Of a stretch of DNA of 64,000 bases, positions 50,868 through 60,212 are shown in pieces; the first letter of the stretch is position 1; the number at the start of each line of letters is the position of its first letter. Made by a program: the position numbers and the translations under genes. Below the pieces are notes generated by a model. That model searched no databases. It was given only the letters and a program-made list of their open reading frames with translations, and was not told where the DNA came from. The DNA lies in the NCBI GenBank assembly GCA_964628855.1, contig CAZVMV010000002.1:11442-75441 (forward strand), given 5' to 3'. Source of the DNA: an uncultured Gammaproteobacteria bacterium. Its GTDB lineage: Bacteria > Patescibacteriota > Patescibacteriia > UBA10025 > JAHIVO01.

Positions 50868-51281
50868 TTATTTCAGGTTGTCCAGGTTGCCTTGGAGTAT
50901 GACCGGCCGGGTGGCCTCGATTTCTGATTTATAGTATTCAATGTCGGGAATTGGGTTTAGGAGGAATATTTTTTTATTGAGGACATGGGCAAAGCCGATT
51001 TCCAGGAACGTGTTTCCGCCGATATAATTTTTTACGCCTTTCCGGTCGTAGTTCAGCACGAGCAGGGCATCGCACTTCCTGATTTTTTCCCAGAACTCGC
51101 GGATGGCGTCATTATGCAACTTATCCACGATGGTCCGGCGTTCTTTTTCTTCCTGCGGTTGGCCGGCGTACGAGGCGGCGAAACGGGAAATTTCTACTTC
51201 ATGACCTAACTGTGCCAGTTCTTTTTTTAACTCCAGCATTTTTTCGGAAAAAACCATGCTGCCGCTAATGGCAATTTTCAT
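50868..51281 (-). CDS. Small Rossmann-like protein (nucleoside 2-deoxyribosyltransferase-like, tentative)
   Basis: Start at ATG 51281 (MKIAISGSM...). The pattern KIxISGS...DALLVLN...YIGGNTFLEIGFA...KKIFLL resembles the Nuc_deoxyrib_tr-type fold. Memory-based and weak. Confidence 0.35.
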   Translation of the reverse strand: MKIAISGSMVFSEKMLELKKELAQLGHEVEISRFAASYAGQPQEEKERRTIVDKLHNDAIREFWEKIRKCDALLVLNYDRKGVKNYIGGNTFLEIGFAHVLNKKIFLLNPIPDIEYYKSEIEATRPVILQGNLDNLK

Positions 51282-51294
51282 ATGACAGTTATTT

Positions 51295-51969
51295 TTATGC
51301 ATTCCGTCCATCCTTCACGTGGAGAATGGATTTACATGCTTTAGCCACATCGTCGTTGTGCGTCACAATAACAAATGTCTGGTTGCGTTCCTGATTGAGT
51401 TTCTTGAGCGTGCTGATAATTTCCAATGAGGTATTGCTGTCCAATTCGCCGGTAGGCTCGTCAGCTAATATTATGGACGGATTGTTCATCAGGGAACGGG
51501 CCAGGGCGACACGTTGTTGCTGGCCGCCAGACAGTTCGTTCGGACGATGGTGCATACGGTCACCGAGCCCCATGGTGGATAAAAGTTCTTGGGCGCGTTT
51601 CTTTCTTTCCGAAAGTTTTATGCCGCCGTATTTTCCGGCCAGCATGACGTTTTCCAGGGCCGTAAGCGATGGGATTAGATTGAAACCCTGGAATACAAAA
51701 CCAATTTTATTGGCACGAATTTTATGCGCTTCATGTTCTTTCATTTTTGAGGTGTCTATTCCGTCAATCACCAGCGTGCCTTCGTCCGGGGTGTCGAGCA
51801 AGCCCAGCATGTGCAGGAGTGTTGATTTTCCGCAACCCGAAGGGCCAACAATGGCAGTAAAATCCCCCTCATGAATTTCAATATCAAGGCCGCGAAGCGC
51901 TTCGACCCTGTTCGACTTAGCCAAGGTGTATGTTTTTTTAAGTTGTGTCGCTTTGATGATGGTTTTCAT
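51295..51969 (-). CDS. ABC transporter ATP-binding protein (MacB/LolD-type)
   Basis: Walker A GPSGCGKST, signature LSGGQQQRVALA, Walker B IILADEPTGELD. Confidence 0.9.
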   Translation of the reverse strand: MKTIIKATQLKKTYTLAKSNRVEALRGLDIEIHEGDFTAIVGPSGCGKSTLLHMLGLLDTPDEGTLVIDGIDTSKMKEHEAHKIRANKIGFVFQGFNLIPSLTALENVMLAGKYGGIKLSERKKRAQELLSTMGLGDRMHHRPNELSGGQQQRVALARSLMNNPSIILADEPTGELDSNTSLEIISTLKKLNQERNQTFVIVTHNDDVAKACKSILHVKDGRNA

Positions 51970-51983
51970 AGGTGTTGATTGGT

Positions 51984-53276
51984 TTAGAGTTCGCGGATAG
52001 CGTCAACCGCCTTCATGCGGGATGCTTTGATAGCAGGGATAATGCCAGAAACTATGCCTAAAACAAAGGAAAAGGCCACAACGCTGCCAAGGAAACCGGG
52101 GGAAATCATGAATATCTCCGCGGAAGTTTTTGTGTTAAGTGCGTTGGCCAGTAGTGCCCCCAGCCCCATGCCGATCAGGCCACCAACCAGGCCGATAACT
52201 CCAGCCTCCAGGGTGTATTCGCTGGCAATGGCTTTGCGTGATGCGCCAAGCGCTTTTTTGATGCCTATCTCCTTGGTACGCTCGGATATGGACATGATCA
52301 TGGTGTTGATGATGGAGAACCCGCCGACAATCAGGGCAATCAGCGCGCTGCCTAAAATCATGGTGTTGAAAATTGCGGAGGCTTTATCGATCATTTCCCC
52401 CATTTTTTTTGGTGACAGCACGACAGCTTCGTCTTTAAACTGGTCCTTGATGCGGTTCGCAACCGTGTCACCATCTTCACCCTCTTTCCATGAGGCCGCG
52501 GCCATCTGATTGATGTCTTCCAGTCTGAACGCTTTTGCTTCCTGGATTTGCTGTCTCGTCGCCTCTGGAAGTTTGGCCAGCGCCGCATCCGAAATTTTTG
52601 CGGCTTCGTCTGAGCGTTCTTTGAGAGATTTTAGAAAAGGCACCGCCTCGATTAAGAGCAGTCGCGCCTGGTTTATGTTCATGAATACATACTGGTCAGG
52701 CCCGGTCAGAGTCTGGTCGGCAATCCCGACAACTTGGAAATCCTTGCCCCGGACTTTGAAAGTATCGCCAACTTTGAGGTTGTTGTCATTTGCGATCGTA
52801 TAGCCGACGGTGATGGCCGTCTCCGGATCGGATTTCGTAATCATGTGGCCGTCTTTCATGTCCATCGTTGCCCAATTTCGGTTTTCAAAAGAAGTGTTCA
52901 GATCCATGCCTTCGATGGTCGCCGGCGGGCCAAAACTCATGCCTTGGCTCGACGGATCGTTTAGGTCCACTTCTTTGAGGGCTAGTTCGACGCCGCCAGC
53001 TACTGCCTGTACGCCTTCAACTTTAGCCATCTCATTAAGCGTGTCGACAGCCAGGAATGATGCGCCGCCCATCGAGCCGTATGCGCTGGCCGATGATCCT
53101 TTTGGCATGATAGTGATCTGACCCGTGATGTAGCGTTTGCCGCCGCTGATCATTTTGTTGATTTTCAATGACATGGAGCCCATAACGGTAAACGCGAAAA
53201 TGCCGATGGCAATGCCGAAGATGGTCAGGGCAGACCGCATTTTCCGGCGCCACATATTCCGAAATATTTCCTTCAT
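51984..53276 (-). CDS. ABC transporter permease, FtsX/MacB-type with large extracytoplasmic domain
   Basis: 430 aa. TM1, a ~270-aa periplasmic-type domain, then a C-terminal FtsX 3-TM module (ERTKEIGIKKALGA...). Confidence 0.85.
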   Translation of the reverse strand: MKEIFRNMWRRKMRSALTIFGIAIGIFAFTVMGSMSLKINKMISGGKRYITGQITIMPKGSSASAYGSMGGASFLAVDTLNEMAKVEGVQAVAGGVELALKEVDLNDPSSQGMSFGPPATIEGMDLNTSFENRNWATMDMKDGHMITKSDPETAITVGYTIANDNNLKVGDTFKVRGKDFQVVGIADQTLTGPDQYVFMNINQARLLLIEAVPFLKSLKERSDEAAKISDAALAKLPEATRQQIQEAKAFRLEDINQMAAASWKEGEDGDTVANRIKDQFKDEAVVLSPKKMGEMIDKASAIFNTMILGSALIALIVGGFSIINTMIMSISERTKEIGIKKALGASRKAIASEYTLEAGVIGLVGGLIGMGLGALLANALNTKTSAEIFMISPGFLGSVVAFSFVLGIVSGIIPAIKASRMKAVDAIREL

Positions 53277-53314
53277 AATCTATGGAGGTTAGTTATTAGA
53301 AAGGTAATTATAGC

Positions 53315-53339
53315 AAAAAAACGGCCTTCCGTCGAAGGC
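53315..53339 (-). terminator. Intrinsic terminator after the NUDIX/HD gene string
   Basis: The minus strand reads gccttc-gacg-gaaggc followed by cguuuuuuu (stems 53324-29 and 53334-39, A-run 53315-21 on the plus strand). Confidence 0.55.
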
Positions 53340-53371
53340 ACATCGCCTGATAATTATTTAGCTAATCTTGG

Positions 53372-53788
53372 TTATTTTTTCGCTTTTTCCACCACGTTTA
53401 TTGCCTGCCAAACCCAGTGGTGGCGAATCTTATTTTGCCGGTACATTTTTTCAATTTCCTTGTATGTAAACCACCCGGCATCCAGTATCTCGCTTTTGGG
53501 GAAATTCAAATGTCCGCCAATAATCTTGCCGAGAAAGGCGTGCCGGACAGGATGAAACAAGTCTTCATGGTAAACAAAAAGTTTTTTCACCAATTTTACG
53601 CGGAACCCGGATTCTTCAAGGGTCTCACGAACGGCACATTGTTCGATGGTTTGCCCTGATTCTGCGCGGCCGGCTGGGATGCTCCATTTTTTCTTGGCTG
53701 GTTTTTTTCGATCCTGGACTAGTAGGAATTTGCCATTCTTGCGGAGGACCGTACCGACGACGACTTTGACAGTAACGTAGTTGGGCAT
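53372..53788 (-). CDS. NUDIX hydrolase
   Basis: Nudix box GRAESGQTIEQCAVRETLEESG. Confidence 0.8.
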   Translation of the reverse strand: MPNYVTVKVVVGTVLRKNGKFLLVQDRKKPAKKKWSIPAGRAESGQTIEQCAVRETLEESGFRVKLVKKLFVYHEDLFHPVRHAFLGKIIGGHLNFPKSEILDAGWFTYKEIEKMYRQNKIRHHWVWQAINVVEKAKK

Positions 53789-53789
53789 A

Positions 53790-54464
53790 TCACTTTACGA
53801 GTTTTATTTCTTTGTAAAATTCAGCAAGGAATTTTTCCATATATTTGTGCCGGGATAAGGCGATCTTTTTACCGGTATTGGTATTCATCCGATTCTTCAA
53901 AAGCAATAATTTCTCATAAAAATGATTTATAGTAGTATTGGCCAATGGCTTAGACTTATTGTAAAGTTTTCTCCATTCCTTAAATGTCGCGTGTTTAATT
54001 ATTTTAACAGTCGGGTCGTAAATCGTGCGACCCAAATAACCCCCAAAGGCAAAAGCTCTGGCTATGCCAATGGCGCCGATGCCATCCAGGTGGTCGGCGT
54101 CATGCACGACCCTGCCTTCCGGTGTGCTCATCGGCGATAAGGTGCCAGCGCCTTTAAACGACATGTCTGCGATTATTTTCAAGATGTGCTTGATGGTCGG
54201 ATCGTCAATTTTGGCTTGTCTAAGCAAATTCGAAACCGTCGTTTGGGATTTGTTTGTATTGCCATGATGTAGTTTATAATCATCCAAATCATGTACTAAT
54301 GCAGTAACCTGCACGATAAACTGATCTGCTTTTTCTCTGGTAGCAATATATTTTGCCATGTGCCAGACACGTAACGTGTGCCACCAGTCATGTACGGATT
54401 CTTGGCCCGAAATTTTATGGCGAACCAAGATGGCAACTTTTTTAATTATGGACTGCTTATTCAT
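53790..54464 (-). CDS. HD-domain phosphohydrolase
   Basis: H...HD pattern: HDWWHTLRVWHMAKYIA and ALVHDLDDYK, with a further downstream HDADHLD. Confidence 0.75.
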   Translation of the reverse strand: MNKQSIIKKVAILVRHKISGQESVHDWWHTLRVWHMAKYIATREKADQFIVQVTALVHDLDDYKLHHGNTNKSQTTVSNLLRQAKIDDPTIKHILKIIADMSFKGAGTLSPMSTPEGRVVHDADHLDGIGAIGIARAFAFGGYLGRTIYDPTVKIIKHATFKEWRKLYNKSKPLANTTINHFYEKLLLLKNRMNTNTGKKIALSRHKYMEKFLAEFYKEIKLVK

Positions 54465-54766
54465 GAATTTTTTATAAACCTGTCTTTTATAATTGAAAAT
54501 ATTACCAGTACAAAATAAGGCTGGATGAGCATGAACAGGTATTCCTCAAATGGCATTTTGCCGATAACCCAGCCGGTAGTGTGTTCTGGCGGGAACAGCC
54601 AGTGACCGCGCGCGATGGCCAGGGTGTCCCAGATCACGCCAACTATAAAAAATACCAGAATGGTAATAATGGCCTGTTTTGGGCTGGCATATATTTTTGC
54701 CCGGGATAGCCGGTGCAAAGTTAGGGTCAATAAAAGGAGGCCGACAAGAATAAAGAGATATTCCAT
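54461..54766 (-). CDS. Lycopene-cyclase-domain (CrtYc/d-like) small membrane protein
   Basis: 101 aa, 3 TM. GKMPFEEYLFMLIQPY matches the PxEE(y/f) motif of the lycopene cyclase domain. Its stop overlaps the HD gene start (ATGA). Confidence 0.5.
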   Translation of the reverse strand: MEYLFILVGLLLLTLTLHRLSRAKIYASPKQAIITILVFFIVGVIWDTLAIARGHWLFPPEHTTGWVIGKMPFEEYLFMLIQPYFVLVIFSIIKDRFIKNS

Positions 54767-54796
54767 TTGTTTTTTTACAGAATGGTTAGCCGCCTA

Positions 54797-55453
54797 TTAA
54801 CGATTAAATGATTTATTCACTTCACGGTCAAGATCTTGGGCGGTTGTTAAATCATTTGCAAATTCCGGGAATTGCTTACAGGCCTCAATGTATTTACCGG
54901 TGGTAAAAATGTCTGGGTATTTGTCATGGTTAACTATAATGCTGGTATTTCGTAGCTTTTCAATAGTGGTCGATGCATAGTTTCGCAGTTTTTCAGCGAG
55001 TATATTTCTTGTATCAGTTGATATCGTCTCCCACATTCCAACAAAATTTGGACTCCCAATAGTAGATAATGATTCATTGAATTTTTGTAGATCCATAGAT
55101 TCAGAGCCGGCAAGTTCTATCAATTTAGTTCGTGAGCTATCTAAAACTAGTGCATCCAAATGCACTTCATTTACTATTTCATCTGAACTAAGAATTTCCT
55201 TTGCACGGATATTTGAGCTATCGTATGCCTGGTCCATTTGGGGGGTGCGTCGTCCATGCGCTTCCTCTTTTTCATGAAGTTCGTTTTCCATTTGGCGCAA
55301 ATCGTCAAGTTCTTTAGTATAATTTTTGATTCGTGCTTTTTTTGCCTTATATTCCATATCATCTCGATTAGCAGTCGATTCCTCCGCTACTTGAAATCTT
55401 TTTTTAATGGATTCGTCAATTTCAGGATTAAAACCTCGCGATTCGCTATTCAT
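54797..55453 (-). CDS. Hypothetical soluble protein (AT-rich orphan)
   Basis: 218 aa with a charged, coiled-coil-like N-terminal half. No motif recognised. Two hand-counted 60-nt samples have 22/60 and 19/60 G+C. Confidence 0.4.
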   Translation of the reverse strand: MNSESRGFNPEIDESIKKRFQVAEESTANRDDMEYKAKKARIKNYTKELDDLRQMENELHEKEEAHGRRTPQMDQAYDSSNIRAKEILSSDEIVNEVHLDALVLDSSRTKLIELAGSESMDLQKFNESLSTIGSPNFVGMWETISTDTRNILAEKLRNYASTTIEKLRNTSIIVNHDKYPDIFTTGKYIEACKQFPEFANDLTTAQDLDREVNKSFNR

Positions 55454-55507
55454 ATTTGTTAATTAATTTAATTAATTATCTAATATTAGCAAAATTATCG
55501 CCTGTTG

Positions 55508-55891
55508 TCAATAGATTGCTTGTTTGAATTCCAACGCCAATGAATTAATACAATAGCGCTGGCCCGTCGGTTGCGGACCGTCATTAAACACGTGGCCGAG
55601 ATGGGCACCGCATTTTGAACACGATACTTCAGTCCGCCGCATGCCCAGACTTTCGTCTTCTGCAGTAATGATGTTTGCCCTTACAGCGGGATCCCAGAAT
55701 GAAGGCCAGCCGGTCCCAGAATCAAACTTTGTATCTGATTTGAATAGTTCCTGTCCGCAGTTCACGCAGAAATATGTGCCCCTAGCCTTGTTATGCAGCC
55801 ACTTGCCGGAGCCAGGCGGCTCGGTGCCTTTTAAAAAACAGACGTTATACTGCTCCGGCGTGAGGCCGGGATTTGGTGTATTTTTAATCAT
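55508..55891 (-). CDS. msrB: Peptide-methionine (R)-S-oxide reductase
   Basis: 127 aa. Zinc CxxC pairs ([18 protein letters not shown]) and the catalytic RYCINS. Confidence 0.9.
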   Translation of the reverse strand: MIKNTPNPGLTPEQYNVCFLKGTEPPGSGKWLHNKARGTYFCVNCGQELFKSDTKFDSGTGWPSFWDPAVRANIITAEDESLGMRRTEVSCSKCGAHLGHVFNDGPQPTGQRYCINSLALEFKQAIY

Positions 55892-56588
55892 GTTGGTTTG
55901 AAATGAATTGCCTGTAAAAGAAGAAGATGAAAAGCAGGCTTGTCGCCGTCAGTATATGCCAGACAGCGTGCCCATTCAAGTAATGTAGCGTATTGGAATC
56001 ACACCAGATGCGGGTATAATCGAACATCCAGATCACCGCTGCAATAGAAGCGAGTAATACCGCCGCCAGGATGTGCCGGAGACGGTAACGCGTTAGTGTC
56101 CGCGACCAGGCGATTGATTCCAGGGCAAAAACAGCCGCCAATAAAATGCCGAAAATCAGGATGCCGACATTATAACCGTAAGCCCGATGGATGAAATACA
56201 TCGTCAGAAGGCATAAGGCATTGATAATGACATAAATCCAGGCGGTGGTGGAATTTTTTAAGCCCGGTTTAATCCTTTTAAGGTTGAGCACCAGCAGAAG
56301 CGTGGAAAATAGGAACATGGATCCAAGGTCAAGCATTTGGCCGATGGCTGTGTAGGAGGCATGGTAGAAAAAGGAAACCGTGCCAATAATTAATGCAATC
56401 GGCCCAAGCCACCAAAGGAGGTTTTTTTTATGATGTCTTGCCAACGTTAAGATGATGACACCCACGACAATAAAGGCCAGATTAGACCAGGCATTGGCCG
56501 GCTGGACTATCGGAGCACACAGATTCGGCTCGCAAAATTTGATGACCGGCGTGGCCAGTCTTTCATAATATGGGCATGCCGGAATCAT
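55884..56588 (-). CDS. Ceramidase-family (alkaline ceramidase/CREST-like) 7-TM hydrolase
   Basis: N-terminal [22 protein letters not shown] resembles the ceramidase CE..(x)..EP.N..SN motif. Conserved-looking YHASYT...QMLDLGSM and C-terminal HAVWH. Confidence 0.55.
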   Translation of the reverse strand: MIPACPYYERLATPVIKFCEPNLCAPIVQPANAWSNLAFIVVGVIILTLARHHKKNLLWWLGPIALIIGTVSFFYHASYTAIGQMLDLGSMFLFSTLLLVLNLKRIKPGLKNSTTAWIYVIINALCLLTMYFIHRAYGYNVGILIFGILLAAVFALESIAWSRTLTRYRLRHILAAVLLASIAAVIWMFDYTRIWCDSNTLHYLNGHAVWHILTATSLLFIFFFYRQFISNQHD

Positions 56589-57343
56589 GCGGATTGCTGC
56601 TTACTTTCCGTCACGCGACGTACGTTATCCAGATTGATAAAAAATAGGGCGGTAGCCACTATAGTGTAGGAAAAAATTATATCGGATAGGGTCGAGACCA
56701 ATGCGTTAATAATGTGGTTATTGATATTGACGAAGGGCAGGCTGATTAACCAGCTAATCATACCGGTGATAAAGCCAAAAATTATTAAGTAGCCGATAAC
56801 TTTCCACCACCGTCCTTTGACTACCGATTGGCTGTACCGCAGCGCATCCATGCCGCTCTTATTTTTCAGGACAACAACGTAAGTCGCAAACGCCCAGTAA
56901 ACTCCCAGGATTATGGCCGGAATGACAAACAAGAAAGTCAGGCCGAGCAAAAAAACCATCATCAGCAATGACGTGCCAATTAAGGGAAGCCAACGGGATA
57001 ATGCAAAACGGAACACATTTTCGCGTTTAATTGGTTGGCGGTCCAGGCTGAGACTGACGATGTAGGCGATCGCTGCCGGGACCAATACGCCTACCAGCGC
57101 CACGAGTAAAGATGAAATACCCAGTCCAATAGCGGAAGACGTATTCAGCGTTTCTCCGCTGGCATCGGCTCCGGGCAAATACATTGATATAATGTTCAAA
57201 GGCAGAAAAACTGCTAAAGTAATAAGTACGATAATACTTAAATTTTCGGTATAAATTTTCCAAGCAGCCATCACCAGGTCAGCGATGTTCAATTCCTGGT
57301 CCTTGATATTGATAAAAGTATCTGGTTGTTGCGGAGAGTCCAT
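56585..57343 (-). CDS. Polytopic membrane protein (DUF975/GDPD-membrane-domain-like, tentative)
   Basis: 252 aa, ~6 TM. Overlaps the downstream gene by 4 nt. Family assignment is weak. Confidence 0.35.
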   Translation of the reverse strand: MDSPQQPDTFINIKDQELNIADLVMAAWKIYTENLSIIVLITLAVFLPLNIISMYLPGADASGETLNTSSAIGLGISSLLVALVGVLVPAAIAYIVSLSLDRQPIKRENVFRFALSRWLPLIGTSLLMMVFLLGLTFLFVIPAIILGVYWAFATYVVVLKNKSGMDALRYSQSVVKGRWWKVIGYLIIFGFITGMISWLISLPFVNINNHIINALVSTLSDIIFSYTIVATALFFINLDNVRRVTESKQQSA

Positions 57344-57351
57344 AGTTTTTA

Positions 57352-57840
57352 TTAATAATATATGTTTTTATTAAGAACTAATCGAACTGTGCGTATAGTA
57401 ATGGCGATCAAGATTCCCGCCACGGCAAAAGGAAGGACGATTTTCATGACTGGGTTTAGCCAGCCAAGTCCGAAAAAACCGTGGAAATCAAAGGGGAAAA
57501 CGCACCATACTCTATATGTCGCATAGATACTGACAGCATCTGAAAAGGTGCGGGCAACGAAATAAAATCCCCGGCCATCGTAGAATAAGAACAGCAAATT
57601 TATTCCCAGTGTTACGCCAAGCGTGAGGTTTACGGCCGGCAAGACATCAGCCCATTCGTGCTTGAGAAACTGCGCCTCCCAAACAAGGAGATTGTTGGCG
57701 ACGTACAATAGGATCGCATTAATTATTATTGTGACAACATAATCAATCCGTCGTCGCTGGGGGGATTTATTATTTTTTTTATTGCAATCCTTATTCTCAG
57801 TGGGGGTAACCACGTTTTTGTCTTGGGAAGTAGTCTCCAT
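57352..57840 (-). CDS. Hypothetical 4-TM membrane protein
   Basis: I prefer ATG 57840 (METTSQDKN...). The track start 57882 is the ATGCAT centre of the palindromic element. Confidence 0.4.
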   Translation of the reverse strand: METTSQDKNVVTPTENKDCNKKNNKSPQRRRIDYVVTIIINAILLYVANNLLVWEAQFLKHEWADVLPAVNLTLGVTLGINLLFLFYDGRGFYFVARTFSDAVSIYATYRVWCVFPFDFHGFFGLGWLNPVMKIVLPFAVAGILIAITIRTVRLVLNKNIYY

Positions 57841-57860
57841 ACGTTTAAAGTTTGCACTAA

Positions 57861-57893
57861 TTATTTTTTCGTTGTAATGCATTACAACGAAAA
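57861..57893. repeat. 28-nt palindrome-containing element, copy 2 (extended palindrome)
   Basis: ttattttttcgttgTaatgcattAcaac. Here the dyad extends to 28 nt (ttttcgttgtaatgcattacaacgaaaa, 57866-57893). Its centre lies ~40 nt upstream of ATG 57840. Confidence 0.7.
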
Positions 57894-57975
57894 TGATTAA
57901 ATTACCTTATTTAATTCGTCAATTACACGCTGGGTATTTTTACCGTCGCGCGGATAATACTTTTCCATATTTAAA

Positions 57976-59769
57976 TTATTGGTTCGCCGCCTCGATAATC
58001 CTGACCTGCGGACTTCCGCCGCTGCGGGGCGTGACAATAAGCTCTTCAGCCCCGTCGTTATCAACATCGCCGCCCGCCACATTCACCCCGCCAAGGAAAG
58101 TGGTCGGGTAGACATAAAATTCTTTTTGCAGCTTTTCCCGGATGGAATAAATACGTACCAGCGGCGTGGCATTGTTCCCGACACCGACTACTATTTCTTT
58201 TGAGCCGTCTCCGTTTATGTCAACCCCTGCGACGGAGACGCCGCCGCGGTAGCCGCTGCTGAAGGCGTAAAATCCAGGTGAGATCCGTGTGATTGATCCT
58301 CGCCTGATCTGGAATATTTGGATATGCGGCGCGCCGATTTCCGGACCGGTGATGATTTCATCACGGCCGTCACCGTCAGCATCAGCCGTGGCCACGCGTA
58401 TGCCCCCACGAAAATTGCGGTCATACGCCATGAAATTGGTTTTGATATTGCCATTGGCATCATATACCAGGACATGAGGACCGCCGCCGGCGCTGGCCGC
58501 GACAACGATATCGGAAATCTGGTCGCCATCAATATCGCCGCAGGACAGGTTCACCCCGCCGGTAAACTTGCCGTCCAGGACATAGAAGCCGTTATTGATT
58601 ACTGCCCCTTCGCCAGAAAAAATCTTTACCAGCGGCCAGCCGCCCTTGCCCTGGGCAGTGATGATCTCGTCCTGGCCGTCAGCATTAACGTCGCAGATGG
58701 CAACCCGCGCACCGTTTTTTAAATTTTGGTCAAAGGCGTAAAAATCCTTCAGGGCCGAGCCCTTTTGGTCCAGTACCTGGATATGGGGGGCTAACCCCGA
58801 TTCTGCGCCGGCTACGATTTCTGCCAGGGCGTCGCCTGAAACATTGCCGGACGTGATGCTGAACCCTCCCCGAATGTTCTTGTCAAAAGCGAAAAATGAA
58901 GTGCCCGTGGCCAATGGCGGAACGTATGGTTTTGTATTGTCGATAAAGACCAGGGAATTAGGCAGGTTGCGGCCAGGGCCAACACCGTATTGGCCATTGT
59001 AATATAGGGCGGTGGAGCCGCCTCCATCCAGGTTGACCGCGTATTCCATACCCATAGCCTTCATGGCATAGCCCAGGTCCATCACTGTGGAAGACGATGA
59101 TGCGACCAGGTAGATGTTGTCACCCTTGAAACCCAGGCCAGACCGGTTCGATTTAGTCGTGCGCTGTTTGGTGTCCAGTTGGTCAGGAGTCACGGTCATT
59201 TGGTTTTCAAAAATCAGGCCGGGCCCGTTGGAAATTAATGCCTGGAGTTTTGTATTGTTAAGCGCCTCAAACGCGCTCTGACCCGGCCAGTCTTTCGCAG
59301 TTTTGAAAAAATGCAGCCGGTTTTGTGTATCAAAGGCAACAACCGGCCCAGGATTGAACTGGTTTTGGTATGAATTGGCATAAGTTCCTTTCAGTGAGTC
59401 GTACCACATCCAGTAATACGACCCTTCCTTGCCGGCGCACCATGAATAATCAGACGGGCAAAAGTAACTGCCGTTGATTCCGGCAAAACCGCTGACCTGG
59501 TCGACATAGGACTTCAAAGACCGAACCGGACCCGAGGCGTTCATCCGCTCGCCCGATACGTCGGTGAGTGACCGTATTTGCAGGTTCGTATCCTTTAAGT
59601 TGATCCGGATTAATCGTACGGAAACAACGCCTACCTCTGTCGGGACCGTCAGGCTTTCCCAGCCGGAATCAAGGGCTGATGCATTTTGAGGAGAGGTAAC
59701 TATGAAAAGACCGACTATAGCGATTATGACGGCCAGTGGGAATGGTAATGTGATTGTGTTGTGACGCAC
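57976..59769 (-). CDS. Secreted phosphodiester-glycosidase (NAGPA/DUF2233)-like domain fused to an FG-GAP/VCBS repeat beta-propeller
   Basis: 597 aa with a signal peptide. NLDGGGSTALYYNG is the hallmark of the phosphodiester glycosidase family. The C-terminal half has repeated Ca-loop motifs: CDVNADGQDEIITA, GDIDGDQISDIVVA, ADADGDGRDEIITG, VDINGDGSKEIVVG, GDVDNDGAEELIVT. Confidence 0.65.
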   Translation of the reverse strand: MRHNTITLPFPLAVIIAIVGLFIVTSPQNASALDSGWESLTVPTEVGVVSVRLIRINLKDTNLQIRSLTDVSGERMNASGPVRSLKSYVDQVSGFAGINGSYFCPSDYSWCAGKEGSYYWMWYDSLKGTYANSYQNQFNPGPVVAFDTQNRLHFFKTAKDWPGQSAFEALNNTKLQALISNGPGLIFENQMTVTPDQLDTKQRTTKSNRSGLGFKGDNIYLVASSSSTVMDLGYAMKAMGMEYAVNLDGGGSTALYYNGQYGVGPGRNLPNSLVFIDNTKPYVPPLATGTSFFAFDKNIRGGFSITSGNVSGDALAEIVAGAESGLAPHIQVLDQKGSALKDFYAFDQNLKNGARVAICDVNADGQDEIITAQGKGGWPLVKIFSGEGAVINNGFYVLDGKFTGGVNLSCGDIDGDQISDIVVAASAGGGPHVLVYDANGNIKTNFMAYDRNFRGGIRVATADADGDGRDEIITGPEIGAPHIQIFQIRRGSITRISPGFYAFSSGYRGGVSVAGVDINGDGSKEIVVGVGNNATPLVRIYSIREKLQKEFYVYPTTFLGGVNVAGGDVDNDGAEELIVTPRSGGSPQVRIIEAANQ

Positions 59770-59842
59770 GCGGGTTGTTGTCAGATAGTATTTTCCAATA
59801 AATTATATCACAAAAAAGCCTTATGAGCATCGTCAGGAAAGG

Positions 59843-60136
59843 CTAAATAAACAATGGTTTTTTATCAAACACAATCTGCCACAATATAGTCCATCCAAAA
59901 ATAACCGGCGGTACGATGTAGTCCCCCAGGTATCTGATCCGGTAACCTTTGGAAATCCCCAATTTTGTCAGCAGAAAATAATAAAAGGTTACGCCGCGTT
60001 TTTGCAAACGGAATTGTGCCCTCGTCAACAGGCAATTGCCAAGCCAGATGATTTGAAGAAAATAAAGGGCGATTCCCAGCAGAATCAATGCCCAGCTAAA
60101 TACGAATGGCGCCATCCACACTATTAAAAATACCAC
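59843..60136 (-). CDS. Small 3-TM membrane protein (DUF2784-like, tentative)
   Basis: 97 aa. The GNCLLTRAQFRLQKRG loop resembles the CPLT-type loop of DUF2784. Confidence 0.35.
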   Translation of the reverse strand: MVFLIVWMAPFVFSWALILLGIALYFLQIIWLGNCLLTRAQFRLQKRGVTFYYFLLTKLGISKGYRIRYLGDYIVPPVIFGWTILWQIVFDKKPLFI

Positions 60137-60212
60137 GACATGTAGCCAAGCTACGGGTGTGAATGGCCATTTTTTTATTGCTTGCGGATCAGTTGATGGT
60201 TGGCTACACGTA

